Origin: Oscillospiraceae bacterium
GTDB taxonomy: Bacteria; Bacillota; Clostridia; Lachnospirales; Lachnospiraceae
Direction: 5' to 3'
Length of the DNA stretch: 64,000 nucleotides
Assembly (NCBI GenBank): GCA_963642615.1
Contig: CAVIHW010000003.1
Location: 6,837 to 70,836, forward strand
Positions 8,684 to 16,865 of this stretch are shown one piece after another. Both the position numbers and the translations under genes were made by a program. The first letter of the stretch is position 1. Each line of letters begins with the position of its first letter. A model generated the notes under the pieces. It worked only from the letters and a program-made list of their open reading frames with translations. It had not been told where the DNA came from and searched no databases.

Positions 8684-9373
8684 ATGAAAGCTTTGCACAA
8701 TATTCTGGGAATCTTATGCGGCATCGCACTGATGGTCATCCTGTTTATCACTTCCATAGAAGCGGTCACATACTGGACGCCCGGTTACTACGAAAAAGAG
8801 TATGCAAAATATGGTGTCTTGCAGGATGTCCATATGGAGATGGAGGATCTTTTGGATGTGACCGAGGAGATGATGGCATATCTGAGGGGCAATCGGGAAG
8901 ATCTTCACGTACCAACGATCGTAGACGGCCAGCCGAGAGAATTTTTTAATGACCGTGAGATTGCCCATATGGAGGATGTTAGGGGACTGTTTCTGGGCGG
9001 CATTGCCCTGCGCCGGATCTCGGTGGGGCTGCTGATCGCGGCATTAGTTCTTCTTGTAGTTTTGAAAGCGGATCTTATTCGAGTGCTTCCGAAGATGATC
9101 TGTGTGGGCTCCGCTTTGTTTTTTGCAGTGCTGGCGGTGCTTGCAGGCATCATCTCTACGGATTTTAATAAATATTTTATCATATTTCATCATATTTTCT
9201 TCCATAATGACTTATGGATGCTGAATCCGGATACAGATCTTCTGATCAACATTGTTCCGGAGCCTTTCTTTATGGATACGGCGGCGCGGATTGCCGCAAC
9301 TTACGGAGTATCTGTTCTTGCAGTGTTTGCAATTTGTCTCATTATACTGTATCATAATAGAAGAAAAAAATAA
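8684..9373 (+). CDS. integral membrane protein (TIGR01906-like, from memory)
   Basis: 229 aa, N-terminal TM, extracytoplasmic segment, several C-terminal TM helices. Confidence 0.5.
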   Translation: MKALHNILGILCGIALMVILFITSIEAVTYWTPGYYEKEYAKYGVLQDVHMEMEDLLDVTEEMMAYLRGNREDLHVPTIVDGQPREFFNDREIAHMEDVRGLFLGGIALRRISVGLLIAALVLLVVLKADLIRVLPKMICVGSALFFAVLAVLAGIISTDFNKYFIIFHHIFFHNDLWMLNPDTDLLINIVPEPFFMDTAARIAATYGVSVLAVFAICLIILYHNRRKK

Positions 9374-9435
9374 CTATGATTGCCGGATCCGGGAGCCAGA
9401 GTGCCCCGGCCCCGGCTTTTTTGGGAGATAGACAG

Positions 9436-11031
9436 ATGAGACGAATTTTGACCCTGTTACTGTGTATTGTCATGTTCACAGGCACGCAGGTCACACCGGC
9501 CTATGCGGCGGCAGAGTGGCCGTCCAACGTATCGGTGGAGGCGGAAGGGGCGGTACTGATGGATGCCCGGTCCGGTGCCGTGATCTACGGAAAAAACCTG
9601 CATTCCACATATTATCCGGCAAGTATTACCAAGATCCTGACGGCTTTGATCGTCATTGAACGGTGTAATCTGGATGACATGGTAACCTTTTCCCATGATG
9701 CCATTTACAGTGTAGAGCAGGGAAGCAGCAGCGCCGGTATGGATGTGGGTGACCAGATGACAGTTCGCGACTGTCTGTATGCCATGCTGCTAAAGTCGGC
9801 CAATGAGGTGGCAAATGCCCTGGCAGAGCATACGGCAGGTTCCATCAGCAATTTTGCAGTTCTGATGAATGAAAAGGCGAAGGAGCTTGGCTGTCAGGAA
9901 AGTCACTTCAACAATCCGAGCGGACTCAATGACCCACAGCATTATACCTCGGCTTACGATATGGCATTGATCGCTCAGGCGGCATTTCAGAACGAGACCT
10001 TTGTCACGATCGATTCCACCCTTTACTACGACCTGCCGCCGACCAGGCATAATCCGGACGGATTTAGGGTATATCCGGGACACAGGATGTTAAAGAAGAA
10101 TGCACCCCAGTATTATGCAGGCATCATCGGAGGAAAAACGGGATACACCAGTCTGGCAGGCAACACCCTGGTGACCTGTGCGGAGCGAAATGGCATGAAG
10201 CTCATCACTGTCATTTTAAATGGCCATCAAACCCATTACAGCGATACGAAAGCCCTTCTGGATTTCGGATTTTCCAATTTTCAGTCGGTGAACATCGCGG
10301 ATGCGGACAGCACGTATTCCGCAGTATCCAACGACATGACCATTGCGGGGCTCCCGGCCGCAGATCTGTCCGTTTTGCAGATGCAGAAGGACTGCTATGT
10401 GACGCTGCCGAAAACGGCAGATATTTCCGATGCGCAGTCTTCCATCAGCTATGATCTACCGGATTCTGCACCGGAACATGCAGTGGCACGCATTGCCTAT
10501 CAGTACAATGATCGTCAGGTTGGAGCAAGTTATCTGCTTTTAAAAGGGGAAGACACAGAGACAGATGCAGAGTCAGACCTGGCAGTGGCCTCCGTACCCT
10601 TAGAAGCCTCCGGTACAGAAAGCGAGAGCGCCTTTGATCAGGATCCCCTGGCACTCGCGCAGACAGAATCACCGGCGGATTCTGATACCGTGCAGACAAG
10701 AACACTTTCCGGGGCCCGCAAGACGGGGATCCATTTGAATATCCCGCCGGTCTTCTGGATCATTGTGGGAGCAGCAGCCGTGGCGGCTATCCTTGGATCG
10801 GGAGTTCTTACAGCGAAGTACCGTATTGAAAAGCGCGAAGAGGAAGAACGCTCTGAACGTTACGAGCGGCGCAGACAGCGTTTACAGGATATTGGAATGA
10901 CCACATCGGAGTTTGACCTGATGCTTCAGAAGAAGCGTTCGGATTCCGCATTAAAACAGACCAAACCACGTAAGCGGCCCAAAAAACATAAATCATTTCT
11001 GGATGAAAAAAACTTCCATGATCACGAATAG
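9436..11031 (+). CDS. serine-type D-Ala-D-Ala carboxypeptidase (S11/PBP5-like) with C-terminal membrane anchor
   Basis: Signal peptide from ATG 9436; SxxK (ASITK), SxN (SANE), KTG (KTGYT) motifs; C-terminal TM and basic tail. Confidence 0.85.
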   Translation: MRRILTLLLCIVMFTGTQVTPAYAAAEWPSNVSVEAEGAVLMDARSGAVIYGKNLHSTYYPASITKILTALIVIERCNLDDMVTFSHDAIYSVEQGSSSAGMDVGDQMTVRDCLYAMLLKSANEVANALAEHTAGSISNFAVLMNEKAKELGCQESHFNNPSGLNDPQHYTSAYDMALIAQAAFQNETFVTIDSTLYYDLPPTRHNPDGFRVYPGHRMLKKNAPQYYAGIIGGKTGYTSLAGNTLVTCAERNGMKLITVILNGHQTHYSDTKALLDFGFSNFQSVNIADADSTYSAVSNDMTIAGLPAADLSVLQMQKDCYVTLPKTADISDAQSSISYDLPDSAPEHAVARIAYQYNDRQVGASYLLLKGEDTETDAESDLAVASVPLEASGTESESAFDQDPLALAQTESPADSDTVQTRTLSGARKTGIHLNIPPVFWIIVGAAAVAAILGSGVLTAKYRIEKREEEERSERYERRRQRLQDIGMTTSEFDLMLQKKRSDSALKQTKPRKRPKKHKSFLDEKNFHDHE

Positions 11032-11089
11032 TGGTTATGGAAGTTTTTTCTGTGTTTTACGAAAATTGCTTTTAATATTCGGAAAAAAC

Positions 11090-11098
11090 TGATATAAT
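11090..11098 (+). promoter_or_regulatory. extended -10 promoter element TGATATAAT
   Basis: TGnTATAAT about 40 nt upstream of the 5'-nucleotidase start. Confidence 0.4.
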
Positions 11099-11139
11099 CA
11101 ATGCGATGACTTAAAACGTACAAAAAAGGAGGACGGAGT

Positions 11140-12972
11140 ATGAAAAAGAAACGATGTTCAAAACTGCTTAGCTGGTTTCTTACGTTAGCGATGGTACTGA
11201 GTCTGACCACAGGAATGTCGATCACGGCATTTGCGCAGGATGAGGACATTATCGTGATTTACACGAATGATGTTCACTGTGGCGTGGATGACAACATTGG
11301 ATATGCGGGTCTTGCACTTTACAAAAAGCAGGTGCAGCAGCAGAGTCCATACGTGATCCTGGCTGATGCCGGTGATGCGATTCAGGGAGCACCGATCGGA
11401 ACGCTGTCCGAAGGCGGCTATCTGGTTGATATCATGAATCAGCTTGGTTATGACTTTGCGATTCCCGGAAACCATGAGTATGATTACGGAATGAACCGTT
11501 TTCTGGAGCTTTCCAAAAAGCTGAATTGCGGATATTATTCCTGCAATTTTATGGATCTGAGAACGGGAGATACGGTATTTGCTCCTTATAAAATGTTTAC
11601 GTTCGGAGATGTGAAGCTTGCGCTTGTGGGAGCAACCACACCGGAGAGCTTCACGAAATCAACACCGGCTTATTTCCAGGATGCAAATGGAACTTACATC
11701 TATGGATTTTGTGAGGATGAGAGCGGTGAGAGCCTGTATGCACAGATCCAGTCTTCTGTTGATGCAGCGAGAAGTGCCGGAGCAACCTACGTCATTCTTG
11801 TCGGACATCTTGGAGAAACCGGCATCACGGAGCGTTGGACATCCGATGCGGTGATCGCGCACACAAACGGAATTGACGCAGTCATTGACGGTCATTCCCA
11901 TGAGACGGTTCCAAGTAAGACGGTTGCAAATAAGGATGGAAAGCAGATTCCGCTGACGCAGACCGGAACCAAGCTCAAAACCATCGGAAAGCTGACGATC
12001 AAGCCGGACGGCACGATCACAACCGAGCTTACGGACAAGGTTGAGGCTGCAGATACCGCATCTGTCTATACCGTAAAAGCCGGCGACAGCTTAAGCCGGA
12101 TTGCAAAGAGCCAGCTGGGTTCCACCTCACGCTGGAAAGAAATCTACGATGCAAACCGTGATAAGATCCGCAATAAGAACCTGCTTTACACAGGTATGCA
12201 GCTGACGATTCCGGGAGGTGCACTTGTAACAAAAGACGGAAAAGCAGTGGATGCCCAGACTGATTCCTATATCAAGTCCATTCAGGCAGTTTACCAGGAA
12301 AGCTTAAAGACCGTGCTTGGCCACACCGATGTAGAGCTGACAGACAAGAATCCTGCGACCGGTGAACGTGCAGTCCGCAATGCGGAGACAAACCTGGGAG
12401 ACCTGACTGCAGATGCTTACCGTTATATGCTTGGCGCAGAGATCGGCTTAAGCAACGGAGGCGGAATCCGCAGCTTCATCCAGGCCGGAAATATTACCTA
12501 TGAGGATACGCTTTCCGTGTTCCCGTATGGAAACATGATCTGTCTGGTTGAGGTTACCGGTCAGCAGCTTAAGGATGCATTGGAAATGGGCGCAAAGAAT
12601 TATCCGGAAGAGAGCGGTGGATTTTTGCATGTATCCGGCGTGAAGTACACGATTGACAGTTCGGTTCCGTCTGGTGTGAAGATGGATGATAAGAGAAACT
12701 TCCTCGGTGTATCCGGTGCGTACCGTGTGACCGATATTTCCGTAAACGGAGAGCCGCTGGATTTAAACCGCACTTATACGCTTGCTTCCCACAACTATAT
12801 GCTCAAGTCCGGAGGCGATGGCATGACCATGTTTAAGGGATCAAAGATCCTGAAGGATGAAGTGATGGTCGATGTGGATGCACTGTCTTCCTATATCAAT
12901 ACCTATCTGGGTGGAAATGTTGGAGCAGAATATGCAAACCCGGCAGGACAGGGGCGCATTACGATTAAGTAG
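11140..12972 (+). CDS. secreted bifunctional metallophosphatase / 5'-nucleotidase with internal LysM domain
   Basis: Signal peptide; YTNDVHCG and IPGNHEYD metallophosphatase motifs; C-terminal 5'-nucleotidase domain; LysM (YTVKAGDSLSRIAKS...YTGMQLTIPG) at about nt 12064-12213. Confidence 0.85.
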   Translation: MKKKRCSKLLSWFLTLAMVLSLTTGMSITAFAQDEDIIVIYTNDVHCGVDDNIGYAGLALYKKQVQQQSPYVILADAGDAIQGAPIGTLSEGGYLVDIMNQLGYDFAIPGNHEYDYGMNRFLELSKKLNCGYYSCNFMDLRTGDTVFAPYKMFTFGDVKLALVGATTPESFTKSTPAYFQDANGTYIYGFCEDESGESLYAQIQSSVDAARSAGATYVILVGHLGETGITERWTSDAVIAHTNGIDAVIDGHSHETVPSKTVANKDGKQIPLTQTGTKLKTIGKLTIKPDGTITTELTDKVEAADTASVYTVKAGDSLSRIAKSQLGSTSRWKEIYDANRDKIRNKNLLYTGMQLTIPGGALVTKDGKAVDAQTDSYIKSIQAVYQESLKTVLGHTDVELTDKNPATGERAVRNAETNLGDLTADAYRYMLGAEIGLSNGGGIRSFIQAGNITYEDTLSVFPYGNMICLVEVTGQQLKDALEMGAKNYPEESGGFLHVSGVKYTIDSSVPSGVKMDDKRNFLGVSGAYRVTDISVNGEPLDLNRTYTLASHNYMLKSGGDGMTMFKGSKILKDEVMVDVDALSSYINTYLGGNVGAEYANPAGQGRITIK

Positions 12973-13000
12973 AAGTTGAAATGACAACCAATACGAAAAA

Positions 13001-13040
13001 GACGTGTGAAAGAGGATTCCTCTTTCACACGTCTTTTTTT
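13001..13040. terminator. bidirectional intrinsic terminator
   Basis: Perfect 15-bp stem GACGTGTGAAAGAGG / CCTCTTTCACACGTC, 3-nt loop, A-run upstream and T-run downstream; overlaps the last codons of the exonuclease gene. Confidence 0.75.
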
Positions 13041-14041
13041 GTATGCAGCTTTTTGGTATTACCCTGCTTTTGTTTTCGTTTCATACGGTTGCGCTCCGCG
13101 CGTTTCTTGCGGACATCGTCTTTTTTCTGCATGATAAGCTGGGCGCCTTCTTCATCCGTCTGTTTTAAGGTCTTGACCGCAAAGACGGATTCCTCCTCTA
13201 CTTTCTTCATGCGGATCTTTCCCTTTAAGTAGCCGTGCTCCGGGCAGCGTGCCAGAGCATAGTAGGTTTTCTGATTGGGTGTGAACCAGCGGATCTTTTT
13301 GCGTAACATGCGCCCGCAGCGGTAGCACATCATCTCGGTGACTCCCTTGTCGGCCATGGCATCTTCCTTGGTGTCAAAGACACGGGAGACGTATTTGGAA
13401 TATCCCGGGAAGGTCATGCGGACCTCTTCCTTTTTGTTGGCCGGAAGCCGGTAATAATCCACAGACCAGAATGGCAGGATGGCATCCGGGCCGGGCTTGT
13501 GTCCAAGCATGGAGAGAAGCTTTCCGGTGTAGTAGGCATCGTCCAGGGCACGGTGGAATGGCCGTTCTTCCAGGAGATTTTGCTCCTCCACGGCAGAATC
13601 CAGGGAGATCCGGGCGTTTTCTTTGCAGAACAGGCCGTAGAGCTTCTGCACATCATAATAGAGGAGCGGTTTTGGAAATGGATTGTCCATGCGATAATGA
13701 TCCATGTTCCGCTGCAGCTCCAGAAGATCCATGTTGCCCCAACTGCAGAAGATGGCCTCCCTGCCACACCAGTCAAGAAATTCGGCAGCGGCATCGGGGA
13801 AAGCTACCCCGTTTGTTTGCAGCTCCTTCATATTCATATGGGTTACTTCCGATATGGCGTGGTGCATCTGGGTATATACCTGAGGCCGGACAAGACGATG
13901 AAATTCATCTGTCATCTGAAAGTTTTCGTCTAATTTTATTGCGCCGATCTCAATGATCTCAAAGGGGAAATGCGGGATAGACCGCTCCTTTCCGTTGGCG
14001 CTCTGATTCCATTCTAAGTCAAATACAATGTAATTCTTCAT
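13025..14041 (-). CDS. DEDDh-type 3'-5' exonuclease domain protein with Cys-containing C-terminal domain and poly-basic tail
   Basis: Exo I FDLEWNQ, Exo III HRALDDAYYT; C-terminal CYRCG...CPEH and K/R-rich tail. Confidence 0.75.
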   Translation of the reverse strand: MKNYIVFDLEWNQSANGKERSIPHFPFEIIEIGAIKLDENFQMTDEFHRLVRPQVYTQMHHAISEVTHMNMKELQTNGVAFPDAAAEFLDWCGREAIFCSWGNMDLLELQRNMDHYRMDNPFPKPLLYYDVQKLYGLFCKENARISLDSAVEEQNLLEERPFHRALDDAYYTGKLLSMLGHKPGPDAILPFWSVDYYRLPANKKEEVRMTFPGYSKYVSRVFDTKEDAMADKGVTEMMCYRCGRMLRKKIRWFTPNQKTYYALARCPEHGYLKGKIRMKKVEEESVFAVKTLKQTDEEGAQLIMQKKDDVRKKRAERNRMKRKQKQGNTKKLHTKKDV

Positions 14042-14224
14042 AATGAAAATATTATAACATATGGCGTGGGCTTTGCCTACCCATGTAGATAACTTACAGT
14101 TTCCTTACAACAGAAAAGTTTTTGGGATTTTGAGTGCGCAATTTTTAAGAATATAGTATAATTGTAGTGGACAATTGTTGCTGCCTGCGCGGCACATGAA
14201 TCATAAACAGGAGGTGGGATCTGC

Positions 14225-15145
14225 ATGGCATTGAGTGGAAACAGCAGCTGGGAGAAGATCCAGCAGGGAGTAAAAGATACAGAACGGCTGATCGTTCAGA
14301 GAGAATACAATGCATCGATGGTCAAGGCGCGTCAGACATTGGAATTCATGGTTAAAAATTTATCAGACCAGGCCGGCATTTTGGATGAAAGTGATCTAAA
14401 GAACATGATCGACGTGCTTTATGAGAACCGCTGGATATCCAAGACCACCTGTGAGCATTACCACAAGATCCGCATGATCGGAAACAAGGCGGTTCATGAG
14501 GGAGACGCCAATGCATACAGCGCAAACCAGGCCTATCACATGCTTTCCCAGGAAGTCTATACCTTTGCGGATGATTACCGAAACGCAAAGAAGGGCAGAA
14601 AGCCTCTTACCAGACCCGTGACTGCATCGGATGGAAGCCGAAGCGGCAAAACCGCCGGATCCGGCACGGAGACAACAAAAAGGAGCAGTACCGGCACGCA
14701 AAAAGGCAGTCATACAGGGAGAAATTACGGAAGCCGTCCGGCATCCAGGGGCAGAAAAAAATCCGGTGGCAAAAAGTCGTCATTTTCCGTGATGACGCTT
14801 TTAAAGATTCTCGTACCGCTTCTTTGTATTGTTCTTCTGATCCTGGTTGTGAAGCTTGCAAAACCGCAGAGCGGCACGCAGGAAACGGAGGCGACAACGG
14901 CAGCAGAAACCATGGAGGCAACGCAGGCAGAGCCGTCTGAGGAAGAGAGCACAGGTCCGGTGTACCGCACCACGGATGTTTTAAATGTGCGTCCGGAACC
15001 GAGTACTTCTTCGGAGCGGATCGGTCAGCTGAATGCAGGTGTTGCCGTGGAATATGTCCGCCAGCATGATGATGACTGGGCGGTGATCCTTTACAACGGA
15101 CAGGAGGCCTACGTGGCAAGCCGGTATCTGACAACAGAACAGTGA
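14225..15145 (+). CDS. DUF4145-like N-terminal domain / TM / SH3b-like C-terminal domain protein
   Basis: N-terminal helical domain (KIRMIGNKAVHEG), basic Ser/Gly linker, TM (LLKILVPLLCIVLLILVV), C-terminal SH3b-like (VLNVRPEPSTSSERIGQLNAGVAVEYV...AYVASRYL); family name from memory. Confidence 0.55.
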   Translation: MALSGNSSWEKIQQGVKDTERLIVQREYNASMVKARQTLEFMVKNLSDQAGILDESDLKNMIDVLYENRWISKTTCEHYHKIRMIGNKAVHEGDANAYSANQAYHMLSQEVYTFADDYRNAKKGRKPLTRPVTASDGSRSGKTAGSGTETTKRSSTGTQKGSHTGRNYGSRPASRGRKKSGGKKSSFSVMTLLKILVPLLCIVLLILVVKLAKPQSGTQETEATTAAETMEATQAEPSEEESTGPVYRTTDVLNVRPEPSTSSERIGQLNAGVAVEYVRQHDDDWAVILYNGQEAYVASRYLTTEQ

Positions 15146-15172
15146 TACAAAAAGAAATGATGATTGCAGAAT

Positions 15173-15224
15173 AAGGGGAGAAAGCCTTATGCCGAAGAGC
15201 AGGGACTTTCTCCCCTTGGTTTTG
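15173..15224 (+). terminator. intrinsic terminator
   Basis: Perfect 12-bp stem AAGGGGAGAAAG / CTTTCTCCCCTT followed by GGTTTTG. Confidence 0.6.
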
Positions 15225-15424
15225 TCTGAAATTGATAAGGAAAGAAACGTGATACCGGCACCGCCTTCCGTAATCTTGAACAAGTTTCTACAGATAAAAA
15301 AAACAGATTCGTCATTTTGACAAAAAAACTTCGTTAAGGATTTGTTATTCTTTCATTTTTAACCATGACTTTTCGGGGGGAAAGAGAGTATGATAAAAAG
15401 GTAGAAAAACGAAGGAGGTTTACC

Positions 15425-15736
15425 ATGGACAGCGTAATCAAGCAGATATCAGAGATCGAGAAATCTGCTGCTGCGGTGATGGATGCGGCAGCTGCGCGCA
15501 AGAAGGCCTTTGCGGCTGAGATGGAAGAAAAGACCAGACAGTTTGATCAGACGGCAGAGGCAGAAACGGAAAAAAAGATACGAGATCTTCGAGAGGAGAT
15601 GGAAGAACGGATGAAGGAAAAGCTGGAGCAGCAGAAGGCGCAGGCAGAAGAACAGCTTGCCCGGATGCAGGAAAGCTACACGCTTCATCACAGCTCTTAC
15701 GTGAAAACCTTGTTTGAGGAATTGATAAAGGAGTGA
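15425..15736 (+). CDS. V-type ATPase peripheral-stalk small subunit (G/H-like)
   Basis: 104-aa all-helical Ala/Glu/Lys-rich protein heading the V-ATPase operon; AGGAGG RBS before ATG 15425. Confidence 0.6.
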   Translation: MDSVIKQISEIEKSAAAVMDAAAARKKAFAAEMEEKTRQFDQTAEAETEKKIRDLREEMEERMKEKLEQQKAQAEEQLARMQESYTLHHSSYVKTLFEELIKE

Positions 15737-15740
15737 TCAT

Positions 15741-16784
15741 ATGGGGCTTTTGGCCTACAGCGGGATTACGACAAAGGTGCGAGCCATGGAGGGGCGCCTT
15801 CTGAGTAGCACCGAGTTTCGGGAACTGGCCGGCCAGGAGGATGTGCGGAGTGCGGCAGATTATCTGAAAGCACTTCCTGCCTATGCCCAGGTCTTTTCCG
15901 GGCTGGATGATACGAAGCTCCACCGGGCTTATATCGAACAGATCCTTACCCAGTCGGAATACCGCGATTTTACCAAGCTTTACCGTTTCTCCTCGGTAAA
16001 ACAGCGCAGGTTTCTGGATCTTTATTTTAAACATTATGAGGTGGAAGTGATCAAAAAGCTGCTGCGGCATATGCTTGGAGGAAGAGAAGGACAGCCGGAT
16101 CTGTCGGTATTTCAGGATTTCTTTGAGAAGCATTCCTCTCTTTCTCTGGATGCACTCTGCAAGGCGAAAAATCCGGATGAGTTTATCGCGGCACTGGAAG
16201 GAACCGTATATGGAACACTCCTGGAAAAGCTGCGGGAAAAGGGGCAGAGCAGTCTGTTTGACTACGAGCTCCGTCTGGATCTGTTTTACTTTCAGTCGAT
16301 CTGGAACATGCGGGGAAAGATCTTAAGCAAATCGGAGAAAAAAATCCTGGATACCTGCTTTGGAAGCCGCTTGGATCTCTTAAATATCCAGTGGATCTTT
16401 CGGGCGCGGAGGCTTTACCGGCTTTCTCCGGCAGAGGTGTATGCGCTTCTGATCCCGGTGCATTATCGGCTGCGGGCAGACAAGGTAAGACAGCTTGTGG
16501 AGACAGAAAATGACGCGCAGTTTTTTGATGTGTTAACAGAGACTCCCTATAAACTTACGGGGGATGGAGTGGCCGGACAGATCCCGGATATCCAGCGTTT
16601 GTCAAACCAGATGCTGGATCAGATCTATAAAAAGACAGGACAGTCTTATCCGCACTCTCCTGCGATCCTGGATTTTTATCTGTATCGGAAGGAACAGGAA
16701 ATGAGAAAGATCGTAACAGCGCTTGAGGGGATCCGTTATGGACTTCCTCAGGCAGAGATCATGGGCTTGCTGGAAAAACAGTAA
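15741..16784 (+). CDS. ntpC: V-type ATPase subunit C (d-type)
   Basis: 347 aa, position and helical-repeat character typical of A/V-type subunit C. Confidence 0.8.
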   Translation: MGLLAYSGITTKVRAMEGRLLSSTEFRELAGQEDVRSAADYLKALPAYAQVFSGLDDTKLHRAYIEQILTQSEYRDFTKLYRFSSVKQRRFLDLYFKHYEVEVIKKLLRHMLGGREGQPDLSVFQDFFEKHSSLSLDALCKAKNPDEFIAALEGTVYGTLLEKLREKGQSSLFDYELRLDLFYFQSIWNMRGKILSKSEKKILDTCFGSRLDLLNIQWIFRARRLYRLSPAEVYALLIPVHYRLRADKVRQLVETENDAQFFDVLTETPYKLTGDGVAGQIPDIQRLSNQMLDQIYKKTGQSYPHSPAILDFYLYRKEQEMRKIVTALEGIRYGLPQAEIMGLLEKQ

Positions 16785-16865
16785 GCCGGATGATCATGGC
16801 ATAGCCGAAACATTGAGGCAGAGGCAGTGTATAAATGGAACCTCTGCAGACAGGAGGAGTTACTT

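Noticed and set aside
15438-16133. Long antisense ORFs opposite well-supported genes (this one is 231 aa opposite V-ATPase C; similar cases at 3719-4387, 17235-17831, 36571-37134, 40722-41177 and 52582-53541)
   Set aside because: They lie fully inside genes with strong family signatures on the other strand. They have Pro/Arg/Ser/Cys-rich shadow-frame composition, no RBS and no recognisable motifs.
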